Of a stretch of 64,000 nucleotides of DNA, positions 1-10,036 are shown one piece after another. The translations under genes were made by a program, and so were the position numbers. The stretch comes from Candidatus Latescibacterota bacterium (lineage in GTDB: Bacteria > Latescibacterota > UBA2968 > GCA-2709665), in assembly GCA_965219455.1 (NCBI GenBank), contig OZ244744.1, positions 608,001 through 672,000 on the forward strand. Reading direction: 5' to 3'. The notes beneath the pieces were generated by a model. The model was given only the letters and a program-made list of their open reading frames with translations, was not told the origin of the DNA and made no database searches. Each line of letters opens with the position of its first letter. Position 1 is the stretch's first letter.

Positions 1-65
1 GCCTGAGCGAGGCGACCTGGGCAAGGTCGGCGAGTGATGGCAACGCTGCGAGACGGGATGAATCG

Positions 66-103
66 GCCTGCCTGTGCGTGCTGTCTCACGCACGCAGACA
101 GGC
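66..103. repeat. Imperfect palindromic REP-like element
   Basis: gcctgcctgtgcgtg-ctgtct-cacgcacgcagacaggc forms an imperfect hairpin upstream of pfk. Confidence 0.45.
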
Positions 104-110
104 GGATGAT

Positions 111-138
111 TGGTGACATATTTCTGGGACGGGACACT
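111..138 (-). repeat. Half copy of MITE family A
   Basis: The reverse complement agtgtcccgtcccagaaatatgtcacca matches 43681-43708 at 26/28 nt. Confidence 0.7.
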
Positions 139-154
139 GGCGCGGAGCGCACCT

Positions 155-1192
155 ATGGCGATCAGGCGTGTTGGCATTTTAACCGGCGGCGGCGATTGCC
201 CCGGGCTGAATGCGGTAATACGTGCGGTTACGCGGAAGGGGATAGACGCGTACGGATACGAGATCGTGGGCGTTCTGCTGGGTTGGAGGGGTATGCTCGA
301 GTCGGTTTCCACGCCGCTGGACCTGAATGCGGTCTCGGGTATTCTGCCCAGAGGAGGGACTATTCTGGGCACGTCCAGGACCAACCCGTATAAAGAGCCC
401 AACGGCAGCAACATGGTGAAACAGAATTTTGTGAAGATGGGGCTGGATGCGCTGATTGCCGTTGGCGGAGACGACACGGTCGGCGTGGCCAGCAGGCTGT
501 ACGAAGACGGTCTAAACGTAATTGGCGTGCCAAAAACCATCGATAACGACCTGGACGGCACGGACCAGACCTTCGGCTTCGATACGGCAATCAATATTGT
601 CACGGAGGCCATCGACAGGTTGCATACCACCGCCGAGTCCCACAATCGCGTGATGGTCGTAGAGGTGATGGGACGCCACGCGGGATGGATTGCCGTCGAG
701 GCCGGCATTGCAGGCGGCGCGGACATGGTCCTGATTCCCGAAAAGCCGGTCGAACTGGAGATGGTCTGCGCCTCCATCCAGAAACGCCACGACCGCGGAA
801 AAACCTTCAGTATCGTGGTGGTTGCCGAGGGCGCCAAGTTGTCCGATGAATCCCACGTCCTTCAGTCCGAGGAACGCGATGCCTTCGGCCACGTCCGTCT
901 GGGCGGGATTGGAATCGTCCTTGGCGAAGAAATTGAAAGACGAACGGGGTTTGAAACCCGGGTGACCGTGCTGGGCCACATCCAGCGCGGAGGCAACCCC
1001 ACTGCGTTCGATCGGGTCCTGGGTACCCGCTTCGGCATTGCTGCAATCGACCTGGCGCACGCCGGAGATTTCGGAAATATGGTGGCGCTCCGGGGTACGG
1101 ATATCGTCCCGGTGCCGCTGAAAGAAGCGGTATCGAAGCTGCGCACCGTGGATATGAACCTGTACGATATCGCCAGGGTCTTTTTCGGCTGA
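155..1192 (+). CDS. pfkA: 6-phosphofructokinase, group III, probably PPi-dependent
   Basis: Motifs GILTGGGDCPGLNAVIR, GGTILGTSR, GGDDT, PKTIDND, EVMGRHAGW and LGHIQRGG. Start set at ATG 155 (MAIRRVG). Confidence 0.95.
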   Translation: MAIRRVGILTGGGDCPGLNAVIRAVTRKGIDAYGYEIVGVLLGWRGMLESVSTPLDLNAVSGILPRGGTILGTSRTNPYKEPNGSNMVKQNFVKMGLDALIAVGGDDTVGVASRLYEDGLNVIGVPKTIDNDLDGTDQTFGFDTAINIVTEAIDRLHTTAESHNRVMVVEVMGRHAGWIAVEAGIAGGADMVLIPEKPVELEMVCASIQKRHDRGKTFSIVVVAEGAKLSDESHVLQSEERDAFGHVRLGGIGIVLGEEIERRTGFETRVTVLGHIQRGGNPTAFDRVLGTRFGIAAIDLAHAGDFGNMVALRGTDIVPVPLKEAVSKLRTVDMNLYDIARVFFG

Positions 1193-1241
1193 CCGAGACA
1201 TTCAGCGGTGACGGGTTTTAAATTGACCTGGAGGTAGACAA

Positions 1242-2255
1242 ATGGCGATCAAGGTGGCCATTAACGGATTCGGGCGAATAGGCCGGCTGGTATTCCGGGC
1301 GGCGATGCGCAGAGCCCGCATCGACGTGGTGGCGGTGAACGACCTGACCGACGCCGGTACGCTGGGACATCTGCTGAAGTACGACTCGATACACGGAAGA
1401 TATCCAGGTCATATCGAAATCAGGGAAAAATCGCTGGCCGTGAACGGCAACGAGGTCATCGTGCTGGCGGAACGCGACCCGGTGATGCTGCCGTGGCGGT
1501 CTCTCGGGGTGGACGTGGTGATCGAGTCCACCGGGTTCTTCACGGATAAAGACAGCGCCGGCAAACATCTCGACGCGGGTGCCGGGCAGGTGATCATCTC
1601 GGCTCCGGCCAGGGGCGACGTGCCTACGGTGGTGATGGGCATTAACCATGAGACATTGAACCCGCACGACAGGGTGATTTCCAATGCTTCCTGTACCACC
1701 AACTGTCTGGCCCCTATGGTGAGCGTGTTGCAGGAGGCGTTCGGCGTCGAGAAGGGGCTGATGACAACCATTCACGCCTATACCGGCGACCAGCGTATGA
1801 TCGATGCGCCGCACTCGGATCTGCGCAGGGCGAGGTCCGCAGCCGTGTCCATGATCCCGACAACAACCGGCGCGGCCAGCGCCGTCGGCAAGGTGATTCC
1901 CGAGTTGAACGGCAACCTGGACGGGATGGCCGTGCGCGTTCCCACGCCTGACGGTTCCTATACGGATTTTGTGGCCATGTTGCGGAGCCCGGCTACCACA
2001 GAGTCGGTCAACGACGCATTCAAGGCGGCTTCCGATGGCCGTCTGAAGGGAATTCTGGAGTATTCGGACGAGCCCCTTGTCTCAGCGGATATAATCGGCA
2101 ACCCCCACTCCTGTGTCTTCGATTCGGAAATGACAACGGTCATGGGCGGGAATATGGTAAAGGTGTGCGGTTGGTACGATAACGAATGGGCGTATTCCTG
2201 CCGGTGCGTGGATCTCGTCGAGGCGTTGGACAAAGCCCGACGGGCGGACAGGTAG
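1242..2255 (+). CDS. gap: Type I glyceraldehyde-3-phosphate dehydrogenase
   Basis: INGFGRIGR, catalytic SNASCTTNCLAP and WYDNEW; SD ggaggt upstream. Confidence 0.98.
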   Translation: MAIKVAINGFGRIGRLVFRAAMRRARIDVVAVNDLTDAGTLGHLLKYDSIHGRYPGHIEIREKSLAVNGNEVIVLAERDPVMLPWRSLGVDVVIESTGFFTDKDSAGKHLDAGAGQVIISAPARGDVPTVVMGINHETLNPHDRVISNASCTTNCLAPMVSVLQEAFGVEKGLMTTIHAYTGDQRMIDAPHSDLRRARSAAVSMIPTTTGAASAVGKVIPELNGNLDGMAVRVPTPDGSYTDFVAMLRSPATTESVNDAFKAASDGRLKGILEYSDEPLVSADIIGNPHSCVFDSEMTTVMGGNMVKVCGWYDNEWAYSCRCVDLVEALDKARRADR

Positions 2256-2551
2256 GCTTCCAACGGGAGACGGCCGCCCGACGTCGGGCGAGCCCTGGAC
2301 TCGCTCAAAAAATGCATATAAGTAGGCCGCTTTCGGACGAACGTACCGATAAGCGGGAATACGGGAGCCAGACCACGCGGGATGCGAGCGCGTGAAGGCT
2401 CCCTATCTTATGGCATCCGGAAGGGAAAATCGCGCTGGTGGAATGGGATGCGGTTTTGGAGAAAGCGATAGACGCTTTCAAGTTGCCCTCGTGGAGAGAT
2501 GAAACGATTCCGGTGAAGTCCGACCGGAGGGCGGCCCGAGGTACTCGGATT

Positions 2552-3745
2552 ATAGCTAAACTTTCGATTACGGATCTGGAGCTTGCCGGACGGCGGGTGC
2601 TGGTACGGGTGGATTTCAACGTGCCGCTCCAGAACGGTGAGATTGGGGACGACACGCGGATCCGGGCCGCTGTGCCCACGGTCCGATACATCCTGGAGCG
2701 GGGAGGCGTTCCGATTCTGATGTCGCACCTCGGAAGGCCCAACGGACGCGCCACACCCGAGCTTTCGTTAAAGCCCGCGGCTGAACGCCTGGGCGAACTG
2801 CTGGGGCGCGAGGTCGTGATGGCGCCGGATTGCGTGGGTCCGGAGGTGGAAGCGCTTGCAAAACGCACGGATGGCGTGGTATTGCTGGAGAATTTGAGGT
2901 TTCACGCGGCGGAAGAGGCGAACGATCCCGAATTCGCCCGCCAACTCTGTGAATTGGGTTCGGCCTTTGTGAACGATGCATTCGGAACGGCTCACCGGGC
3001 GCATGCATCCACGGAAGGAGTCACCCATCACTTCGTGGACTGCGCGGCGGGGTTCCTGATGCAGCGGGAACTGGAATCTCTGGAAAAAGCATTGTCGGCG
3101 CCTGCGAGGCCGTTCGTTGCGGTCATGGGAGGCGCGAAGATTTCGGGAAAGATCGACGTCATCCAGCATCTGCTGTCCGTCGTTGATACGCTCCTTATTG
3201 GCGGCGGTATGGCGTACACGTTCTTCAAGGCGATGGGATTGGAGATCGGGCGGTCCCTGCTGGAGGTGGACCGCGTAGGGATGGCTGAAATCCTCCTGCA
3301 GCGCGCCGCTGCCTCAGAGGTCCGGTTGCTGCTGCCTACCGACTGCGTGGTTGCGGCCGAGGCGCGCACGGGCGCGGCGTCTCAGGTTGTGCCACGTGAC
3401 GGAATGCCGGCGGATCTGGAGGGGTTCGATATCGGGCCCGATACGCGGGAGAAATTCTCGGAAGAGATCCTGAACGCCGGATCCGTGGTGTGGAATGGGC
3501 CGATGGGCGTGTCGGAGATTCCTACCTTTGCCCCTGGCACGCTGGCGGTGGCGACCGCCGTTGCGGAGGCTTCGTCGCGTGGCGCCAATACCCTCGCGGG
3601 CGGCGGAGAAACGGTAGCGGCGTTGACGACATGCGGTCTTGCGGACCGGTTGGGGCATGTTTCCACGGGCGGCGGGGCCTTCCTGGAATACCTGGAGGGT
3701 GGCGTATTGCCGGGCGTGGCTGCGTTGTCTGAGCGTCAGACGTAA
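2552..3745 (+). CDS. pgk: Phosphoglycerate kinase (probable ATA start at 2552; ORF track start 2438)
   Basis: RVDFNVP, SHLGRP, LLENLRF, NDAFGTAHRAHAS and HVSTGGGA. PGK-like sequence begins at (I)AKLSITDL, preceded by GAGGT. Confidence 0.95.
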   Translation: MAKLSITDLELAGRRVLVRVDFNVPLQNGEIGDDTRIRAAVPTVRYILERGGVPILMSHLGRPNGRATPELSLKPAAERLGELLGREVVMAPDCVGPEVEALAKRTDGVVLLENLRFHAAEEANDPEFARQLCELGSAFVNDAFGTAHRAHASTEGVTHHFVDCAAGFLMQRELESLEKALSAPARPFVAVMGGAKISGKIDVIQHLLSVVDTLLIGGGMAYTFFKAMGLEIGRSLLEVDRVGMAEILLQRAAASEVRLLLPTDCVVAAEARTGAASQVVPRDGMPADLEGFDIGPDTREKFSEEILNAGSVVWNGPMGVSEIPTFAPGTLAVATAVAEASSRGANTLAGGGETVAALTTCGLADRLGHVSTGGGAFLEYLEGGVLPGVAALSERQT

Positions 3746-3785
3746 AACACCCGATGCGAGTCAGTATTTCTGTGCGGAGATGGAG

Positions 3786-4556
3786 ATGCGCGTACCCATT
3801 GTGGCGGGCAATTGGAAAATGCACAAGACGTCGGACGACGCGGAGGACCTTGCGCGGGGGGTTGTGGATGCCGTGAAAGGTAACGTAAACGTAGAGGTCG
3901 TGGTTTGTCCCGCCTTTACGGTTCTCGAGCGCGTACACAGAGGGTTGACAGGCAGTTCTGTAAAGTTGGGCGGGCAGAATCTGCACTGGGAGGGTGAAGG
4001 GGCGTTTACCGGGGAGATTTCGGCAGGGATGCTGTTGACATGCGGATGTGAGTACGTTATATTAGGGCACTCTGAACGGCGCACCTACTTCGGCGAAACG
4101 GATACAACTGTAAATCAGCGGCTTAGGGCTGCACTGGGCGCCGGGTTGAAGCCAATCGTCTGTGTGGGTGAAACCATCGACGAGCGACAATCCGGGGCAA
4201 CCGAACGGGTGGTGCGGCGGCAGGTAACGGCGGCTTTCGGTCATGTACAGGCCCCGGATGCCGCCGGTTGTGTGGTCGCCTACGAACCCGTGTGGGCCAT
4301 CGGAACGGGGCTGACAGCCACGCCCGAACAGGCCGAATCCGTTCATACTTCGATTCGCGGGGTATTGCGGGGTCTCTACAACAACAACGTCGCGCAGGCG
4401 GTGCGCATCCAATATGGGGGATCCGTCAAGCCGGAGAATGCCCCCGATCTGTTTTCCCGGCCCGATATCGACGGTGGATTGATCGGCGGGGCTTCGCTGG
4501 AGCCCGGTGCGTTCGCGGCCATCGTAAAAGCGGCGAATTGGCCCGATCTGGTTTAG
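3786..4556 (+). CDS. tpiA: Triosephosphate isomerase
   Basis: AGNWKM, GHSERR, AYEPVWAIGTG, YGGSVK and DGGLIGGASL. Confidence 0.98.
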   Translation: MRVPIVAGNWKMHKTSDDAEDLARGVVDAVKGNVNVEVVVCPAFTVLERVHRGLTGSSVKLGGQNLHWEGEGAFTGEISAGMLLTCGCEYVILGHSERRTYFGETDTTVNQRLRAALGAGLKPIVCVGETIDERQSGATERVVRRQVTAAFGHVQAPDAAGCVVAYEPVWAIGTGLTATPEQAESVHTSIRGVLRGLYNNNVAQAVRIQYGGSVKPENAPDLFSRPDIDGGLIGGASLEPGAFAAIVKAANWPDLV

Positions 4557-4564
4557 GATTCAAT

Positions 4565-4960
4565 ATGGCAACCTTTCTTCTGATCGTACATGTTCTGATC
4601 TGCCTGGTTTTGATCATTATCATCCTCTTGCAGGCCAGCAAGGGGGGTGGGCTGTCCACCGCGTTTGGCGGGGGCGGCGGCGGAAGCGCAATGTTCGGCG
4701 GGGCGGGCGCCGCGACCTTTCTCAGCAGGGTCACGACGGTTCTTGCGGTGGCATTTTTCCTGACCTGTATCAGCCTCTGGTATGCGTCCAGGGGTGACAG
4801 TACGGCGCCGGATACCGCAGCCGAGCGGGCGCTTCTGGAACAGCCCGCGCCGCTCCGGAGCACGCCTGCAGGCCTGCCTCAGCCGCTGAATCAGAGGGGA
4901 CAGGGAACGGCAACCGAACGTACCACGCCGGCAACGTCGCCGGCCGACTCAGGACGGTAA
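4565..4960 (+). CDS. secG: Preprotein translocase subunit SecG
   Basis: Two TM helices flanking LLQASKGGGLSTAFGGGG; conserved tpiA-secG-tRNA-Leu order. Confidence 0.93.
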   Translation: MATFLLIVHVLICLVLIIIILLQASKGGGLSTAFGGGGGGSAMFGGAGAATFLSRVTTVLAVAFFLTCISLWYASRGDSTAPDTAAERALLEQPAPLRSTPAGLPQPLNQRGQGTATERTTPATSPADSGR

Positions 4961-5068
4961 CGATTCCCGCCGACCCGCGAGACCTCACGAGTTGAATGAG
5001 AGCGGGTGTCGGCCAATCGGCCTGAATCAGGTTCTCCGAAGGGTCCGGCAGAGGGTTGGTTCTCTTTT

Positions 5069-5155
5069 GCCGAAGTGGTGGAAATGGTAGACACGCTGTG
5101 TTGAGGGCGCAGTGGGCGCATGCCCGTCCGAGTTCGAATCTCGGCTTCGGCACCA
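5069..5155 (+). tRNA. tRNA-Leu(GAG)
   Basis: Acceptor stem GCCGAAG/CTTCGGC, anticodon arm ctgtg-ttGAGgg-cgcag, long variable arm, TTCGAAT, encoded CCA. Confidence 0.96.
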
Positions 5156-5163
5156 TAAAAAAC

Positions 5164-5197
5164 AAAGGGTTACGCCAACAAGGCGTAACCTTTTTTT
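5164..5197 (+). terminator. Rho-independent terminator
   Basis: Stem ggttacgcc-aacaa-ggcgtaacc followed by T7. Confidence 0.85.
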
Positions 5198-5290
5198 CTG
5201 CACTTTCGCGTGCGCGAACTCCCCGGTCGTTCGGCCGTCCCCTCCACGTCTCACTCCCCCACACCGCTACGGCTCGCGCCGCTTCGCAGG

Positions 5291-6424
5291 CTACCAGTTC
5301 GTGAACGATCCGTCTTCCCGATGAAGGCGGGGGCCGTGCCCCCACCGGAACGGATATTTTCCGGCTGCGGCTTCGTTGAATTCAACCCCCAGCCCGGGGC
5401 GGTCGGGCGCAATCAGGTAACCCGAATCGTACGGCGCCTGTACGGGAAACAGGTCCTCCATGACGGTGCGGCCAACCAGACCGCCTTCCTGCACGGCAAA
5501 GTTGTCCGTGGCAACGTCCAGGTGGAGGCAGGCGGCAGCCGAAACCGGTCCAAGCGGGTTGTGGGGCACGATTTTGATGTAGTGGGTCTCGCACCAGTTG
5601 GCCACCTTGCGAGCCTCGGTGAGACCGCCCACAATACAGAGGTCGATGCGCGCATAGTCGGCCAGTTCTTCTTCAATGAGCTGGCGGAATTCCCACTTGG
5701 TAGCGTAGTGTTCCCCCACGGCGAGCGGACAGTTCACGTGGTCGCGCACCAGTCGGTAGGTTTGAGGGTTTTCACACCTGAGCGGGTCTTCGATGAAGAA
5801 AGGATCGTACGGTTCCAGCTTGCGGCCCAGTCGGATGGTGTCGGGCGGGTCCAGCCGGGTGTGAACGTCGATGCAGATTTCGATTTCCGGGCCAACGGCC
5901 TCGCGAGCCGCGACGAAATGCGCAACGGAGTCCCGAACGGCCGTTGAGGGCTCCAGGACGCCGTCACGATCGAGGACGGACATGCGGAGATATTTCCACC
6001 CTTCGGAGACCCGGTCCTTCGCTGAACGGGCCGTTTCTTCAGGGGTCCCGCCCCCGATGCCGGTATAACAGACCACGCGGTCCCGGAGCCTGCCGCCCAG
6101 GAGCATATAAACCGGCTGGCCCAGGGCCTTGCCCTTGATGTCCCACAGGGCGATATCGATCGCGCTCTGTGCGGCCATTTGAATTCGCCCGCCGGGGAAG
6201 AAGTCGCCCCTGAAAAGGATCTGCCATATGTATTCTATGTTGAGGGGATCCCGGCCGATAAGGTCGGAGGTCATGTGCCGGATGGCGCCAACGCCTGCCT
6301 GCTCTTTCCACGTGATGCCGAATTCACCCACGCCGTAGATGCCTTCGTCGGTTTCAATCTTGACAAAGAGGTAGTTTCGGGAACCGTAGAAGACCGGAAA
6401 GGTTTTGACCTCTGTTATTTTCAT
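5291..6424 (-). CDS. Mandelate racemase/muconate lactonizing enzyme family, galactonate dehydratase-like
   Basis: MKITEVKTF, SAIDIALWDIKGK, DVHTR, FIEDP, AVGE, PHNPLGPV and PGLGVE. Confidence 0.88.
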   Translation of the reverse strand: MKITEVKTFPVFYGSRNYLFVKIETDEGIYGVGEFGITWKEQAGVGAIRHMTSDLIGRDPLNIEYIWQILFRGDFFPGGRIQMAAQSAIDIALWDIKGKALGQPVYMLLGGRLRDRVVCYTGIGGGTPEETARSAKDRVSEGWKYLRMSVLDRDGVLEPSTAVRDSVAHFVAAREAVGPEIEICIDVHTRLDPPDTIRLGRKLEPYDPFFIEDPLRCENPQTYRLVRDHVNCPLAVGEHYATKWEFRQLIEEELADYARIDLCIVGGLTEARKVANWCETHYIKIVPHNPLGPVSAAACLHLDVATDNFAVQEGGLVGRTVMEDLFPVQAPYDSGYLIAPDRPGLGVEFNEAAAGKYPFRWGHGPRLHREDGSFTNW

Positions 6425-6451
6425 CAGAGCCTCGCTTTCTCGCGAATCTGG

Positions 6452-6521
6452 AAGCTGCTTTAAAATCCCCCGGTGAGTTCCCGAGCTCGAGCGAAAACCG
6501 CTGGGTATTTTAAGACAGCTT
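6452..6521. mobile_element. Putative ~70-bp MITE (family C)
   Basis: Terminal inverted repeats aagctgctttaaaat and attttaagacagctt (13/15) around a palindromic interior. Confidence 0.5.
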
Positions 6522-6528
6522 TTAGTCG

Positions 6529-8151
6529 TCACGCCTGATCGGGATACAACCAGGGCACCTGCCGGATGAGGCTATCGCGTTGTTCCTGCATCACGACTTC
6601 GATAACGGTCGGTCCCTCGAGGCCGATTACGTCGGCGAATACGGCGGGGAAACGGTCGGGTTCTTCCACGCGAACGCCGCGGGCGCCCATGGAACGGGCG
6701 AGGTCGGCGATGCGTGGCGTCTGCATATCCGTGTCGATGGTTCGGCCGTTGAATGCCTTGGCCTGGGCGCCCCGGATCGCGCTCAGGCTGCCGTCGTTAA
6801 TGACCACGCAGATGACTTCGATCCCGTGTTCGGCGGCGGTAGCCAGTTCGAAAGCGGTCATCTGAAAGCCGCCGTCGCCGCAGAAGGCCGCCACCTGCCG
6901 GTGCGGTTGGGCGATTTTCGCGCCTATGGCCGCAGGCGCCGCAAAACCGAGGGTGACCGAATGGCAGGGATACATAAAGCAGCGGGGATGGTCCACGGGG
7001 AATTCGTCGAAGGACCTGTAACCGATGGAGGTCACGTCCACGGACACGACGGCGTCTGGTTCGAGGCTGTCTCTCATCGCGGACATGATCGGCAACGGGC
7101 GACGCGACCGGGCGATTTCACGTCGTGATCGATCCAGCGCGTCGTTCCAGGTGTTGACCGGCTTTCCGGTCCCGTTCAGCACGTCCAGGAGCGCGGGTAG
7201 AGACTGCTTCAGGTCCCCTGACGCACCCGCGTCAATGGGAATTTCTCGACCGAGTTCGGCCGGGTCCGGATCGATTTGCACGCGCGCGGACGGCATTTCC
7301 ATGGTCCAGCCGGAGGTGTCGATCTGGGTGAATCGGCAGCCCACGGCGATCAACCCGTCGGCCCGTTGAAGGATGTGTTTAGCCAGCCCGGCGCGGCAGT
7401 GGCCGGCGGACAGCGGGTGGGAGTCGGGGAAGACACCCTTGCCGAGCCGGCTGAAGAGCACGGGCGCGTTGAGGGCTTCGGAAAATGCCCGAAGTTCAGA
7501 GGCCGCGTTCGCGTCGGCCGTATTGCCGCCGGTGAGGATGGCCGGCCGCTCCATGCGAGCGATGACTTCGGCGACGCGACGGAGGTCCGCCGGGTCCGGC
7601 GCGTGCCGGTAACCGTCCACGTACGCGGGGACGTCGGCTTCGCCCTCGGCGGCGGCAACGTCCACGGGCAGTTCGATCACGGCCGGCCCGGGCCTGGGCG
7701 CGCGTAACGCGGCGAAGGCGCCCACGACGGCCTCGGGGATGTCCTCCAGGCGTTCCGGGCGGGCGAAGAACCGGGTGATCGGCGCAAAGAAGGCGGCCTG
7801 GTCAAGGCCGTGGAAGCACTTGCTCCGGTCTCGCCCGTTGAAGGCTACTTCGGTACCGCCCGTGATCAGCAGCACCGGGACGCAGTCCGTGTGGGCGTCG
7901 ACGATCCCGGTGGAAGCGTTCGTGGCGCCCGGGCCCGGGACGGTGAGTGCAACCCCCACTTCGCCCGACGCGCGGGCATATCCGTTGGCGATCAGCGTTG
8001 CGCCCTGTTCGTTTCGGATGAGATAATGGTCGATACCTCCGGCCCGTAACAGAGCGTCGTAAATGTCGATATTCTGATTGCCGGGCATGCCGACGATACA
8101 CCGGATGTTCTGGGCCTTGAGGCTTTGAATCAGAATGTCGGCGCCTGTCAT
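6529..8151 (-). CDS. Thiamine pyrophosphate-dependent enzyme (acetolactate synthase-like)
   Basis: MTGADILI, RNEQGA, GPGATN and the TPP motif GDGGF...NDG. Confidence 0.88.
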   Translation of the reverse strand: MTGADILIQSLKAQNIRCIVGMPGNQNIDIYDALLRAGGIDHYLIRNEQGATLIANGYARASGEVGVALTVPGPGATNASTGIVDAHTDCVPVLLITGGTEVAFNGRDRSKCFHGLDQAAFFAPITRFFARPERLEDIPEAVVGAFAALRAPRPGPAVIELPVDVAAAEGEADVPAYVDGYRHAPDPADLRRVAEVIARMERPAILTGGNTADANAASELRAFSEALNAPVLFSRLGKGVFPDSHPLSAGHCRAGLAKHILQRADGLIAVGCRFTQIDTSGWTMEMPSARVQIDPDPAELGREIPIDAGASGDLKQSLPALLDVLNGTGKPVNTWNDALDRSRREIARSRRPLPIMSAMRDSLEPDAVVSVDVTSIGYRSFDEFPVDHPRCFMYPCHSVTLGFAAPAAIGAKIAQPHRQVAAFCGDGGFQMTAFELATAAEHGIEVICVVINDGSLSAIRGAQAKAFNGRTIDTDMQTPRIADLARSMGARGVRVEEPDRFPAVFADVIGLEGPTVIEVVMQEQRDSLIRQVPWLYPDQA

Positions 8152-8244
8152 GAGACGTCCTCCAATACCCGTTTTGTTGTGAATCCCGGATACCGTATAT
8201 TGAAGCCGCGGGGAACTGTCCACAGATTCGGATTGGGGAAAGAT

Positions 8245-9018
8245 ATGATTTTCTTGCGCCGATGGTTAGGAAAAAAATTGCCAGCCGGTTATTGGCTGCT
8301 GGCAGGCGCGCTTGCAGCCGCGGCGGCAGCCTGCGGGTCCGACGATCCGGCGGGGTCCGGCGAGGAGGGCATGCCACAGTCGCCGGGTATCTATCGCAGG
8401 GTGCTGCTGCCCGGTTCCCAGCGGTATACCATCTCCATACCGGCCGGATACGACACCCGGCAGCCGACGCCGCTGATTCTGTCACTGCACTTCGGCGGAG
8501 CGGTGACGCCATTTTACGGAGGCCAGATGCTGGAGATTCTGGTCCTGCCGGCGCTGGCGGAATTGGGAGCGATTTTCGTGGCGCCCGACGCCACGTCGGG
8601 GGGTTGGAACAACGCGGAAAGCGAGAAAAACGTGCTGGATCTGGTCCGTGCCATCAAGGCCAACTACGCGATTGACGAAGCCAGGACGCTTGTGACGGGT
8701 TTCAGCATGGGCGGGCGGGGCGCCTGGTATATGGCGGCGCGACATCCGGATCTGTTCCGGGCCGCCATTCCGATCTCGGCGCGGCCGGAGGAGAACGCCG
8801 CCGACGTCGACTGGCGGATTCCCCTGCTCGTGATCCACAGTGTGGCGGATGAGGTGATCGCGTTCGAACCAGTGGAAACGACGGTGCGGGCGCTGATTGA
8901 CAAAGGCGTTCGAATCGAGATGATTGTAGTACAGGGTCTGACGCACTTCCAGACCGATCTATTTGTTGCGCCGTTGAAGGCGGCCCTGCCCTGGATCCGT
9001 GAGGCCTGGGCAGAGTAG
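8245..9018 (+). CDS. Secreted or lipoprotein alpha/beta hydrolase
   Basis: Signal peptide ending AAAC, LSLHFGG, nucleophile GFSMGG, HSVADEVI. Confidence 0.75.
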   Translation: MIFLRRWLGKKLPAGYWLLAGALAAAAAACGSDDPAGSGEEGMPQSPGIYRRVLLPGSQRYTISIPAGYDTRQPTPLILSLHFGGAVTPFYGGQMLEILVLPALAELGAIFVAPDATSGGWNNAESEKNVLDLVRAIKANYAIDEARTLVTGFSMGGRGAWYMAARHPDLFRAAIPISARPEENAADVDWRIPLLVIHSVADEVIAFEPVETTVRALIDKGVRIEMIVVQGLTHFQTDLFVAPLKAALPWIREAWAE

Positions 9019-9128
9019 TGTTTTGTCCGGTGCGGCGCGTTCTCTGCATACATGCCGGATTTCTCGAACGCGAAATCTCTGTGCCGGTCCATCGGGATCG
9101 GCTGAAAACGACGGAAGAGGCGCCCGAA

Positions 9129-9965
9129 TTGACCTGGTTGCTGCTCGCGATTCTACTCGATTTCGGCTTTGTCCAGATCTGCAAATTCTCCCAGCGCCGC
9201 GGCTATTACGCGCCCGCCGTCGTATCTGCAAACTATCTCACGCTCTGCGCGGTCCTTGCCGTTTATCTGCTGGCCACGGGTCGGTTCACGTTTTCGGCAG
9301 CCGCTCTGCAGACCGGTCTGATTACCGGCGCGGTATTCATCGGTTCAATGTCATTGATGATGCGCGTCCTGGAAATCGCATCCGTCGGGGCCGTGTTGAC
9401 GGCTTTTCGTATTTCCATTGCGGTGCCCGTTGCCCTGGGAATCTGGCTCTGGCAGGAACCGGTTGTACCCTCTCAATTCGGAGGCATCATACTTGCCTTT
9501 CCCGCGCTGCTGATGATGACCTCGGGCGCGAGGGGGAGCGCCCACGCGACCGGCGCTAAAACCTTCGGCCTGCTGTTCGCGGTTTTTCTCGCCCAGGGCC
9601 TGAGTCACTCCTGCCTGCGTTCGGTTCACTATGCAGGACTCGACGGCGAATTCGTCCAGATCCTGATGGTGATGGGCGCCACCGCGGGCACGATCGGTTT
9701 CACCTTCGTTGCGGGAAGAATGCGTCGCCCCAGGCGGGCCGAACTCGCTATGGGAATGGGCCTCGGCACGTACAACGCAATGGCGCTTTGCGTCATCATG
9801 GTTGCCCTCAGTCGACTGCCCGGCACGCTTTTCTTCCCCGCTTCGGGTTGCAGCGTGATTCTGCTCGACAATCTGAGCGCCCATTTCTTCTGGAAGGAAC
9901 GTCTCAACCGCGTCGCCGCCGCCGGTGTCGGGCTGGCCATACTGGCCGTTGCGCTGGTGATTTAG
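9129..9965 (+). CDS. DMT/EamA-family transporter
   Basis: About 10 hydrophobic helices in two repeats ending LWQE and FWKE. Start inferred at TTG 9129 (ORF track 9018). Confidence 0.75.
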   Translation: MTWLLLAILLDFGFVQICKFSQRRGYYAPAVVSANYLTLCAVLAVYLLATGRFTFSAAALQTGLITGAVFIGSMSLMMRVLEIASVGAVLTAFRISIAVPVALGIWLWQEPVVPSQFGGIILAFPALLMMTSGARGSAHATGAKTFGLLFAVFLAQGLSHSCLRSVHYAGLDGEFVQILMVMGATAGTIGFTFVAGRMRRPRRAELAMGMGLGTYNAMALCVIMVALSRLPGTLFFPASGCSVILLDNLSAHFFWKERLNRVAAAGVGLAILAVALVI

Positions 9966-10036
9966 CAGAGGCCCGGATGCGTTTTGGCACGACGCAGGCA
10001 GGTTCGAGGTCGGATGGCGTGGCGCAAGTGCAGATT

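Noticed and set aside
2256-2551. Coding potential or readthrough of TGA 2393 in the gap-pgk spacer
   Set aside because: The translation has no recognisable similarity and no convincing SECIS-like hairpin follows the TGA.
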